From: Octopus sinensis
Taxonomy: Eukaryota
DNA: 64,000 nucleotides
Direction: 5' to 3'
NCBI RefSeq assembly: GCF_006345805.1
Contig: NC_043010.1
Span: forward strand, 42,532,001 to 42,596,000
The notes beneath the pieces are model-generated. The model saw only the letters and a program-made list of their open reading frames with translations, ran no database searches and was not told where the DNA came from. The position numbers and the translations under genes were made by a program. The first letter of the stretch is position 1; every line of letters starts with the position of its first letter. Below, in pieces: positions 12,331-24,332 of this stretch.

Positions 12331-13605
12331 GTAAGTGTATAAAATATTTTTGCATGATCGAAGAAATTTGATTTTAAGAGATATTGTTTCTGATTTTTAT
12401 ATTCCAATACACACAAACACATGTAAACACACACACACACACACATACATGTACATTGGAGCTCAACACACTCCTCTGGCTCATCAGATCTAGTTAAACC
12501 ATCCAACCCATGTCTAGACATTAAATGATGATGATGATGATATTTATCCACTCCAAGTTGTAAATGTTGAAACTCAGAAACTTGCCCACTTGACCAGGTA
12601 TGCATGATTATCTCAGTGGTTTAGGAAATTCATGTCATTTCAGTGCTCTAAAATAATAGAACTTGAAAGAAAAAGTACATTGGTATATGCAAAGGTGATT
12701 TTAAAAAAGATACACTAAACACCAGTCTTCTTTTCAATATGTGGATAAGAAGAAAGCCACAAAGTTAGCTATCCATGTCTGGAACCAGAAGGTTAATTGC
12801 ACACTACATTCCAATCATTGTGGAATGATCCTCACCATACATTGATGGATCAAAGAAATGTAGGCTTTGTTTAGCTGAAAAATTTCATATTCTTTTTAGA
12901 TCTAAGAACTCTATTGATCAACTAAATTCTAGATCTGAAATTTTTATTAAATCTAAGTATCTGGACTAGTTTCTTTTATAGAACTGGAAAGTACCACCCT
13001 CTCTGGATTAAGCATGCAGTCTCATAAACTTTGATCTTCTTCCCATTTGATAAATTTACCCCAACCATATTAGTTCTGATTAGAATAGGTCAAAGAGATG
13101 CAACTCATAATTTTCTTTGTCTCATTCCACTTTTCTCTTTTTCCTTTCTCTTTTACTTTACTCATTTTCTTTTCAAAGAACAGTCATGTTGTATATTTGA
13201 GTCTAAAAGGTTGCTTGGAAACATACAGCACACAATACAAGCTTGTCTGACCATTGTGTTTTCTGAGCATAAAACTAATAATAGCTTGAATTCAAATCTT
13301 CTGTAAATGATATATACATATACATTCATACACACATACATGTATGCATGTATGTACATATGTGTGTATGTATATATATGTATGTCACATTACGTTACAT
13401 TATGTTACATTACTGACACATTTAAAACTTTATGCTTATCAAAAAACATGGAATTTTGATAATATACTTGTTATCATAGTGGCAAGTACCAAAATGATAG
13501 GTTCGTAGAGCCACATATCTGCAACACAGGTTCAGTTTACAGTTCCAGTTAGTGTACCTGAGAAAGGGATGTACATCACCTCTTCACATTTTCCCTTTAA
13601 TATAA

Positions 13606-13644
<39 letters not shown>

Positions 13645-13665
13645 TATCATATCACATCATTATAC

Positions 13666-14117
13666 ACTAGCTGAGTATCCCATCGTTGCAAGGCAATTTC
13701 CACAAATGGTGGATTTTGGGAATAGCATGCCCATATAAGTTAGGTTTTCTCCATTTTTACAGGGATTTTTAAAATCCTTTTTTTTATTACCACACCCCCT
13801 TGCAAAGGGAAAGCTTTTTATGGAAAAAAATTTTGGGAAATTTATCATTCCTCCTCCCCACTTCCAGATTGATTTTATCCAATTTTTTGCACTACACACT
13901 CAAAAATAATGGGAGACGACCTTTTAGTAAAAAAAAAAAAAATTGAAAATTTATTTTTTCAAATCTCTCCCCTACTCAGTACCGCTTTTGGCAATTCTTT
14001 TTTTTTTTTTTTGCACTACAACAAAAATGTCACCCTAATGAAATTCCTTACAGACATGCAAGCACACACACTGGCAAACACGCTCACACTCAGTGTGAAC
14101 AATATACTTTTATAGAA
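13666..14117 (+). mobile_element. Possible non-autonomous Helitron-like repeat
   Basis: Starts actagctgagtatccc, contains an internal CA-rich tract and ends ttttatag. Resemblance only; no diagnostic protein. Confidence 0.22.
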
Positions 14118-15279
14118 GGAAAAATTTTACTGTGGGAAAGTGAAAGAGATCGACAAATGAAAGAGAGGAAGTGATCTTGTGATCTTTTCTGTTGCTGTCA
14201 CAGATGTTAAAATTTTTAAATTAAGTGAAAATTTTCAAATTTAGTATATTGATATACTTTTTCACAATAAATCCAAGTTTGCAGTTCATTTATTCTAGAA
14301 AAATTTTAAATAAATGTTACAGAGATTTAGAGTTTGTTCCTTTTTTCTCAATCAGAAAACATGATATTGGTACATAACTGTGATAAAATGAAAGTAAACG
14401 TTCGAAAGTGAGGCGTTAAACAAAATGAAAGCAATACATGAGAGTAATACATATGCAAAGAAAGTGAGTATCAAAGAGTATAGTAAATATATGGAAAAAG
14501 ATAGTTTGTTCATGATAGAGAGTGGGAAAGTTGTCGACCTACAAGTTGAGTTATTTCTTGTAGAAAATTATATTTTTTTTATTATTATTTATGATCACTA
14601 TTTATTTCTTTATTGCCCACAAGGGGCTAAACATAGAGGGGACAAACGAGGACAGACAAAGGGATTAAGTCGATTACACCGACCCAAGTGCGAAACTGGT
14701 AATTTATTTATCGACCCCGAAAGGATGAAAGGCAAAGTTGACCTCGGCAGAATTTGAACTCAGAACGTAACGGCAGACGAAATACCGCTAAGCATTTCGC
14801 CTGGCGTGCTAACGTCTGTGAGATGTGAGATGTGAGATGCAGAATGTGAAAATCAAATTCATTTTTTTTTTTTTTGTTTTTGAGGATACACCGTTTCAGA
14901 ACCTTTTGGGGATAAACACATTCACTTGCATAATCACATACACATGCATTTATATACTAGATATACACATACATGCACATTCACACACACACATTCATTA
15001 TATCTAAGCTATCCATTATATCTTTAACAAGAGCTGTGTTACTTCACAAAATAATCTTGTAAATAAAAAGAGATTTATGTAATTATTTCAGCAGTATGTT
15101 GTTTGACTTTGAAATTAACATATTACAACCATTTCCCAGTAATCAAAGTATTTCCTTCTGTGTTATTGATGTAATATCCAACTTTTCATTCAGTTACTGA
15201 AAAAACTTTGCCTTAATCATACAAAGGAAGTTAAGGCCATATAAAGGTTTCAAATTTGCATCAATGAAATATTTAACAA

Positions 15280-15511
15280 CAGGCAGCAAGCTGGCAGACA
15301 TTAGCACACTGGGCGAAGTGCTTCGCGGTATTTCGCCTGTTGCTACGTTCTGAGTTCAAATTCCGCCGAGGTCAACTTTGCCTTTCATCCTTTCGGGGTC
15401 GATAAATTAAGTACCAGTTACGCACTGGGGTCAGTGTAATCGACTTAATCCGTTTGTTTGTCCTTGTTTGTCTCCTCTATGTTTAGCCCCTTGTGGGTAG
15501 TAAAGAAACGC
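15280..15511 (+). mobile_element. tRNA-derived SINE family A
   Basis: Head gcaagctggcagac..., B box gagttcaaattcc, ctttgcctttcatcctttcggggtcgataaattaagtacc domain (resembles Deu/Nin-type SINE domains; recalled, unverified); 13-bp TSD aaatatttaacaa. Further copies at ~7911-8060, 14605-14814(-), 18240-18420(-), 26590-26812, 29290-29510, 36490-36700, 53302-53530 and 58985-59165(-). Confidence 0.85.
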
Positions 15512-15986
15512 AAATATTTAACAATACTTCACCTCTGCCGCTTACAATAATCACTTCTATAAAGCTAAATTGCTTGCTGCGATAATTTGACAAGCAAGAA
15601 ATAGCAACCAAACCTTATCCAAAGCACAACCTAAGAAAAAGACACATTAGATAATTTGATCTGAGATATACTGCACCTTGATATGAGCCAAGGATTTTAG
15701 CCAGAATACATTTGAGGAGAGCTGTTCTGAAGCTAAACAAACAATAATGACACATTCCAATGTTTTATAAACCACCATCTACAATTTGCAGACTGGGTCA
15801 TTGAGGGTCTTTGTCAGTAAAACAATACAGCACCAATGTCTGGATATGAATCATAGCCATGTTTATCAGGAAATGGAATTTTGCCATTGTGGCTGTCAGA
15901 TACACTCAGAGGCAGAGAAACAACAGAAACCAAGTTCATAGAACAGCAGCCTCTGAAACCTGCTGCTTGACTCTGCTGTCCACTCA

Positions 15987-16755
<769 letters not shown>

Positions 16756-17924
16756 TGATGGGGTGGGGGCAGAAAGAATGATTTTAACTTAAATAAGTGA
16801 TACATAATATATCATACTGAAGCAAGACCCATCAACAACAACCATTACCTTTGATCTTTTACTTCTTTCAGTCATTAGACTGTGGCCATGCTGGGGTACA
16901 GCCTTGAAGAATTTCTGTCAAAGGAATCAACCCCAGGACTTATTATTTTTTTTTAAGCTTAGTACTTATTCTATCAGTCTCTATTTGCCAAACCTTTAAG
17001 TTACAGGGATATAAACACACCAATACCAGTTGCCAAACAGTGATGAAGAATAAATACATACAGAAAAACACAAGCACAAACACATATATAATATTTACAG
17101 ATGTATTAGTATAACACTCAGGAAGTGATAAAGTCTTTGACATTTTGAGCCTATGCTCTTCCACAGAAAGGAACACAGAAAGAAACAAGGAGAGAAAATA
17201 AAGAATGTGTAGTGGCTAGCAGTCTATCATGGTGAAGGCCGGACAGAAGGGTCAAACAAGAGAGCTAGGAAGAAGGGGAAATAATAAAGTAGCAGTGATC
17301 CCAAAACGAAGATGCGCATGCATGTGTATAAGAGAGTTTGTATGTGTAGGTGTGAAAATGTGGGTCTGGGAAGTGGTCAGTGCTGGTGTGTGCATGGTGG
17401 TGTGTTGTGATGTGTTGTGTGATATGGTGGTATAAGGTGTAGTGGTGTGATGGTGTTGGGAGGTGGGGAGGTGAGAGTGGGGAAAGCAAGGGTGAGGTAT
17501 GGGTTAGGCTGAGGGTGAGGGTAGAGGTGGGGTATGTGGGTAGGCCAGGCATTTTTCAGTTTCCATCAACCAAATTCACTTACAAGGCTTTGGCCAGCCC
17601 AAGTCTATAGTAGAAGACACTTGCCCAAGGTGCCATGCACTTGGACTGAACCTAAACCAGATGGTTGGGAAGTAAACTTCATACCACACAGCCCACACCT
17701 GCACCTATTGTTTATAATATAAGCACAAGGCCTGATATTTTGGAAGGTGTGTGTTGGTCATTTACATCAACCCAGTACCTGACTGGTACCTTATTTTATC
17801 AACACTGAAAAGACGAAGTAGACCTACGTGGAACTGGAACTCAGATTGTAGAGATAGAGCCAAATACTTGAATGTATTTTATCTAGCCTCAAATAATTCT
17901 GCTAATCCATCATCTTAATAATAA

Positions 17925-18042
17925 TGGTGTTGCTGGTGTTGTTGGTGGTGTTGGTGGTGGTGTTGGTGGTGGTGGTGGTGGTGGTGGTGGTGGTGGTGGT
18001 GGTGGTGGTGGTGGTGTGGTAGTTGTTGTAGTAGTAGTGGTG

Positions 18043-18083
<41 letters not shown>

Positions 18084-18202
18084 GGTGGTGGTGGTGGTGG
18101 TGGTGGTGGTAGTAGTAGTAGTGGTGGTGGTGGTGGTGGTGGTGGTGGTGGTGGTGGTGGTGGTGGTGTTGGTGGTGGTGGTGGTGGTGGTGGTGGTGGT
18201 GG
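17925..18202. repeat. (GGT)n/(AGT)n trinucleotide tract
   Basis: Direct reading; explains the poly-T/P/V ORFs. Similar tracts at 29725-29982 and 50635-51225. Confidence 0.95.
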
Positions 18203-19116
18203 AGGGTTCAAATTTTGGCACAAGGCCAGCAGTTTGGGGGGGGGGGAGGGGTAAGTCAATTACATTGAACCCAGTAATCAACTGGTACTTATATCACTGA
18301 CCCAGAAAGGAAGAAAGGCAAAGTCAACCTTGGCAAAATTTGAACTCAGAATGTAAAGACAGACAAAACGCTGCAAAGCATTTTGCCCAGCATGCAAACG
18401 ATTCTGCCAGCTCACTGCCTTAAATAATAATAATAATGGTTTCAAATTTTGGCACAAGGGTTGCAATAATGGAAAAGGGATTAAGTCGATTACATGACCC
18501 CAGTACTCAGTTGGTACTTATTTTGCAATCTCTTCTCAGTTCTTATCCACTTGGATGTTTGCTAACACCTGGATGTTTCTGAGAAGCCAGAGGTTTATTC
18601 TTACCAACATGTTAGCAGCAACAATGGCGAATTTTTTATGTAGCTTGTTATTCTCTATAGCTATTTCTATACTTAATCAAACTGATGCTAACCAAATTTT
18701 TTTTCTTTGGTATGACAATCTACTTGATGTTGATGATGGCCCCTGTCAATTACAACTTAATTAGTCTGTCAATAAAACCTCTGGAATCTTTTTGTGTCAG
18801 AAAGGATGCATTCGGCTTTCAGTAATTGGCTCTCCTCTCTTGGTTTTTTCCAAGTTGAACATATAGATCACAAGTTGCTGGTTCATGCCGTCAACTATCA
18901 AAAGAACTCTGGACAACTATCTGCTAACATTACAAAAATTCTATATAAAGACCTGGACTACCTTGTAATTAGACCAAGTCCATATTCACTCCTTTGAAGA
19001 AATCAACATAAAACCTGTCAGAAAAGTCGAAGAATCTGAGAAGTTTTGTAAGGATTTTGCATGCCCAATCAGCTACACCCACACGATTGCTGGGTGTACT
19101 AAAAGTGTACCATTCT

Positions 19117-19346
19117 TATTTCTTTATTGCCCACAATGGGCTAAACATAGAGGGGACAGACAAGGACAGACAAAGGGATTACATCGATTACATCGACCCC
19201 AGTGCGTAACTGGTACTTAATTTATCGACCCCGAAAGGATGGAAGGCAACAAAGTCGACCTCGGCTGAATTTGAACTCAAAACGTAACAGCAGACGAAAT
19301 ACTGCTAAGCATTTCGCCTGGCGTGCTAACGATTCTACCAGCTCAC
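19117..19346 (-). mobile_element. SINE family A with TSD
   Basis: Full family A body on the minus strand; TSD agtgtaccattct / agtgtaccgttct (12/13). Confidence 0.85.
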
Positions 19347-19716
19347 AGTGTACCGTTCTAATCACCTACAACCGCTAACCCTAGTAAGTGAAATTTCCCT
19401 AGGAATGTCTCTAAACAGGCACAGAACTCCAGTCCTGCCACTCCAGTTGGGGCATAAACATCTACAAATGGCATCAGCCATTCACTTCACATTTAGGACT
19501 ACTGGTTTACATTTTCGATATAAGAAAATCATACTTACTTCCTTTCGCTTATACTAACTAGACTGGAATACAGTAGATCATTTTTGTCCTTTCTGCTCGT
19601 ACATGTATAAACAAGGTTTTCTCTTTTTTTTTTTTTTCTTTTTGAGTAGTATGTACTATGATTGGAAGTTTCATCAATCCCAGGTGCATAGTATCGTATT
19701 TATATTTTTTTTTTAC

Positions 19717-20012
19717 CTGTTTTCCTTGTGGCAGAGTAGCTGTGTAATCCACTCACTGCTGATTATAGAAGTAAACAAAGTTTTCTTGCTGCTGTTGTTA
19801 TTGTTGTTGTTGTTGTTGTTGGAGGTGGTGGTGGTGGTGGTGGTGGTGGTGGTGGTTGTGGTGGTGGTGGCGGTGATGGTATCGTCGTCGTCATCGTCAT
19901 CGTCTTCATAGTTCTTGTAGTTAATTTTTTTTTTCTTCAGAATCAGTGAGATGATTCGAAGCAGACGACACCAAGTTTTTCCCCTCTCTGACGTAGTCTG
20001 TTGTTGCCATGG
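19717..20012 (-). CDS. Candidate antisense coding exon nested in the M13 intron, with a one-base frame break in an A10 run
   Basis: Acceptor cttttgtag|ccATGG and donor AG|GTAAAA. With A10 read as A9 it gives 97 open codons: MATTDYVREGKNLVSSASNHLTDSEEKKINYKNYE-D8-TITA-Tn-S-Nn-SSKKTLFTSIISSEWITQLLCHKEN. As given, it stops after 29 codons. No homologue recognised. Confidence 0.3.
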
Positions 20013-20134
20013 CTACAAAAGTAGTGTTGTTACTAAAGCAGATGCTTGGCAAACTCATTTAACACACACACACAGATAAATAGAAAGATAGACAGACAGA
20101 CAAATGACATATCTATATATTCATATTATTATAT

Positions 20135-20528
20135 ATGTTATGTATGTATATACATGTATTATGTATTATATATATATATATATATTATATGTATGTATGT
20201 GTGTATGTATGTATACATACATACCTATATACATGCACATGCACACACACATACATATACACATACATACATACATACATACATACATACATACATACAT
20301 ACGTACGTATGTACATACATACATGCATACATACATACATACATACAAACATACATACATACATACATACATGCATACATAAATACATACATACATACAT
20401 ACATACATACATACATACATACATACATACATACATACATACATACATACATACATACATGCATACATAAATACATACATACATACATACATACATACAT
20501 ACATACATACATAAATACATACATGCAC
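20135..20528. repeat. (TA)/(CATA)n microsatellite
   Basis: Direct reading. Confidence 0.95.
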
Positions 20529-20589
20529 ACACGGAGCCAGAGTCTGTAAAGTCTTGTTTTGGTCTTGATGGGGTTGCCCCTGTGTTCTC

Positions 20590-22170
20590 TTGCCAGTTCA
20601 CCATACTGTAAGTCCTTTGAACTTGTAATCTGGATAGAGTAACTGCAGATTTCTCAATAGTTCAGCATAGATTTTCTCTTTTTCACTGATCTTCAGCTTT
20701 ATGTTAACATCTGCTGGGCAGCTAATTTCCACAACTGTGCACAGTTTCTCTTCTCCATCTCAAATCATTATATCAGGTCTGTTGTGCTTACATTTTTATT
20801 GAGGTCTTCACTGACACATTCCACCAGTACTCCTTTTTATTATGAGTGGCTATGGCTTCTACCATACAGTGGGTTTTATTTTCTTTGTCCTCAGGGTTAT
20901 CCTTCCAATGGATTTCATTATAGAGTGTCCTAGCTACAACATCATGTCTCATTGGTAGATAATACTGTGATGACATTTCAGACAACCACTTATGATGTGG
21001 GTGATATCTTTGGTGTGAACTCAACAAAGTCTGCATTGGTTGTCACATTTTACTGCTTTTCCTGCATCTCTATCTCTTTTGTGCATCAGATGTTTGGCTG
21101 ATATTTCCTGTTCCTGGATTGCAAACACATACTCTTCAAAGTGGGCGGTAGAAATCCAGCTATTGGTTCATGATAAATTGCTTTGATGATCGATGTTACT
21201 ATCATCTCAGAGCTTTCTACTAACATATCTATGCATAGTCTTCTGCTCATATAGGCTCACCCTTTTATCTGATAATATGGTGTGGTAGAGTCATGGAACT
21301 CCTTTGGGAATGTATTCTAGGTTTTCTGACAAAGAGTGTTGCTCAAGGAGCTGCCTTCCAAGTGTTATGATGTTATCAGCCTCATGTATGCAAACTTGAT
21401 CAAGGGATGCACTTTGACACAGTTAAAAGATGTTGCTGAAGGGGAATGATACGACATCCAAAGGCATTTTGGATCGATGTTAAGACTCTGCCACCTTGTT
21501 TTCATTTTATGTAGAGGTGGTCTACGTCACTGTTTATGTGGAAATTATATGTGCTAGTTAGTATTTCTCAGAGTTTCACATAAATGTCTTGGATCTCATC
21601 ATGCGTCCAATCAAGCAGCCCAAATGTTGGTATGAGTACTGGCACTGCAAACACATTGTGGGTCACTGTTTTATTGAATGCAGAGAGTTCTGAAGTCCAA
21701 ATTTTCTTTACTCAACTTTAGTGACACGTGTTTTGTTACAGATGCCATTGTAAGATACGTTTTCGTCTACCCCTAGCTACCTGTAACATTCCTCATCAGA
21801 TATAGGAGAAACAGTCAAATCATTGACAGAGATGTTAATAGTCTGGTTTATAATCTTCCCCCTTTTCACTGCCATATAACAACATTTATTCTGACCGAAT
21901 TCCAATCCTACATCCTTTGAGAATGTTGTAAGTAGGTCAAGGCTCTTTTTCATCTCATACATATTCTTTGAATAAAGTTTTAAGTCATCCACAAAGAAAC
22001 GGTGTGTAATTTTGGTATTTCTGTTTCTTTGTTAACCAGTGAGAAATCATTCAGACTCCTCAAACATGAATGACAAAGGGGTTTACAGAAAGTATAAACA
22101 ACATCACAGAGAGGCTGCCCCTTAGAATAAGCCTTTGCAATGCTGTATTCTATCAGTGAAAATACAATCA
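20590..22170 (-). mobile_element. Decayed R4/Dong-like non-LTR retrotransposon (RT, CCHC region and restriction-like endonuclease)
   Basis: RT motifs LSVMLFILSVNPLSF and ITHRFFVDDLKLYSK...FGQNKC; C-terminal RHDVVARTL...WWNVSVKT...HNRPDI...VEISCP...EKEKIY (PD-(D/E)xK type); multiple stops and frameshifts. Confidence 0.82.
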
Positions 22171-22489
22171 ATCTGTTTTTGTTTTAATTTGAAATGTATT
22201 GTAAGGAATACTTTTTTATATATAAACATACAAACTTTGAAAAGAGTTATAACCCCAGGTGTTTTACTTTTTCCTTGGCAGACATGGTGACATGATGTGG
22301 TTTGCTTTTAGTTTCATTTGACATTCACTTGTGAAAGTGTGAAAGTATACTCTCCTTCTAACTACAATGAGGTTAACAGTTGAAGGTTATTTATTGTATA
22401 TACAAATATAGACTCAGCTAAAGTGAAAGAAGATGGCTATTGTTTTCTGATAATGGTTTATGAAGACTAGAAACTAGCCAAATTCACTC

Positions 22490-23010
22490 CTCATCATCAT
22501 CCTCATCCTCATCATCAACATGAGCAGCAGCAGCATGTAATGTCTGTTTTCCGTGCTGGCATGCATTGGACAGTTTGACAGGAGCTGCCCAACCAAAGAC
22601 CTGCCAGTCGGAGACCTGGTCAGCTGGAGAGCTGGCCAGCTGGAGAGCTGCCCAGCTGGAGAGCTGCCCAGCTGGAGTGCTGCCCTGTTGGAGAGCTGCC
22701 CAGCTGGAGAGCTGCCCAGCTGGAGAGCTGCCCAGCAGGAAAGCTGCCCAGCTGGAGAGCTTCCCAGCTGGAGAGCTGCCCAGCTGGAGAGCTGCCCAGC
22801 TGGAGAGCTGCCCAGCTGGAGAGCTGCCCAGCTGGAGAGCTGCCCAGCTGGAGAGCTGCCCAGCTGGAGAGCTGCCCAGCTGGAGAGCTGCCCAGCTGGA
22901 GAGCTGCCCAGGCTCCTTCTGTCTGTTTGGCATGACTTCCATGGCCCAATGCCCTTCCTAATGCCAACCACTTTACAGATTGTACTGGATGCTTTTTCTG
23001 TGGCCCCAGC
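22490..23010 (-). mobile_element. SINE-like family C (RTE-type 3' end with (GAT)n tail) hosting a minisatellite
   Basis: (cat)n tail at the left end and gcccttcctaatgccaaccact motif at the right end, as in other family C copies. Confidence 0.65.
22621..22910. repeat. 16-bp GC-rich minisatellite (cagctggagagctgcc) x ~18
   Basis: Period 16 read directly; the 16-aa periodicity in all ORF frames equals three units. Confidence 0.95.
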
Positions 23011-23798
23011 TGCTTAGTTTACCTTGCAGAAAAACATCAAAATTGCATGTTTATTAAAAGAAGATATACTTTACATAGAATTTCAAATTATCCAAAAATA
23101 CTGTGTAGTTCGTTATGAATTAATTAACCGTGTTTTCAGGGAATGCACTGTTATTCAGATTAGATGAACCAATTAAGTTGTGTCTGAGTTTTACACACTA
23201 TAAATAGCTATAAACTACCAAAATTAAATGCTGAAATGTGACTGTCTATCTGACTGTTTTATTAATATTATGTATGCGCATATGTTATATATATAGGTGT
23301 GTGTGTGCATTATTTATTAAACGATTCATACATGTGCTTATGTTTGTTTTATATATATATATATTTATATATTGTATTGCTATGTAAAAGCAGTAAGAGT
23401 GGATAATTATCTTGTTCTCTCTAGATATACCATCCTACTATTACAACCAGAAATGGATAAATAAACAGATAGATATTTTTAATATCATTAGAAATTGATG
23501 TGAGGGAAAAAAAATCTCATTAATTTTAACATGAATGATATTTCAGGCATAAAGTTGCTTTTTATAACATACCATTGACATCACTCACTCCATCCAATCA
23601 CACACTTGTATTCATAGTGTCACAGCACAACCTGTAGTCATTGCTTGTTTACCATTTTATTTATCAAATATGTTTTTATTGACTCATTTCACAAGTATTT
23701 GTGGGTTTGTTTGTTTTTTCGTGCGGAAATGTCTCAATTTAATTTATAATAGAGAGTTCTATTCAGCTTAAATAAGTATGCATGTATTAAAATTTTAC

Positions 23799-23930
23799 AT
23801 CTGCATTCTGAATAGACTGGCTCATATGAAACATTCCTATAAGGATACACAATGCCATAAACCTCGCTATGGTTCTTTATTACATTCATTATGTCCATGT
23901 AACCAGAAATGAAATCAAATAGTGAATTTT
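23799..23930 (-). CDS. Candidate antisense coding exon (132 bp, phase 1-1)
   Basis: ctctccctacag| acceptor and T|GTAAAA donor (weak). Reads (E)NSLFDFISGYMDIMNVIKNHSEVYGIVYPYRNVSYEPVYSECR within a 112-aa ORF in non-repetitive DNA. No homologue recognised. Confidence 0.3.
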
Positions 23931-24162
23931 CTGTAGGGAGAGTTCCAAGTTGATTGAAGTGAAATAAGGGAAGATAAAATACTGTAAAAAGCCTGCAAAA
24001 GTAATTTGAGCTCAGAGAAATTGTTTTGAGAGAACATATTACAGAGAAAATTTCTTGGTAGAAAAGGACCAAGAAAAGATGGTTATAGGTTATGTGGGAT
24101 AAAAATTACCAATATGAAAACAGCCCAGGAAAGCAGAGAAAATCTATAACATTTGTATATTA

Positions 24163-24332
24163 TGTTGTATTTAGGGATGGTCATGTTGCCAGTTTAGCCA
24201 ATAAAAATACACGCACTGTATATTTGGTGTTAATTTGCTTCAGCTTTATTTATTTTTTACATTAATCTTAATCTTATTTTGGCCAGAGTTTTATTGGCTA
24301 AACTGGCAACATGACTGTTCCTAAATACAACA
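24163..24332. mobile_element. Short MITE-like element with ~45-bp imperfect TIRs
   Basis: tgttgtatttagggatggtcatgttgccagtttagccaataaaa versus its reverse complement ttttattggctaaaactggcaacatgactgttcctaaatacaaca. Confidence 0.65.

Noticed and set aside
18555-18997. Two adjacent + strand ORFs of ~68 aa
   Set aside because: They have no splice-site framing or recognisable motif; probably decayed repeat or chance.
22474-23017. Long overlapping ORFs (115-165 aa) on both strands
   Set aside because: They are produced by the stop-free 16-bp minisatellite; there is no non-repetitive coding content.
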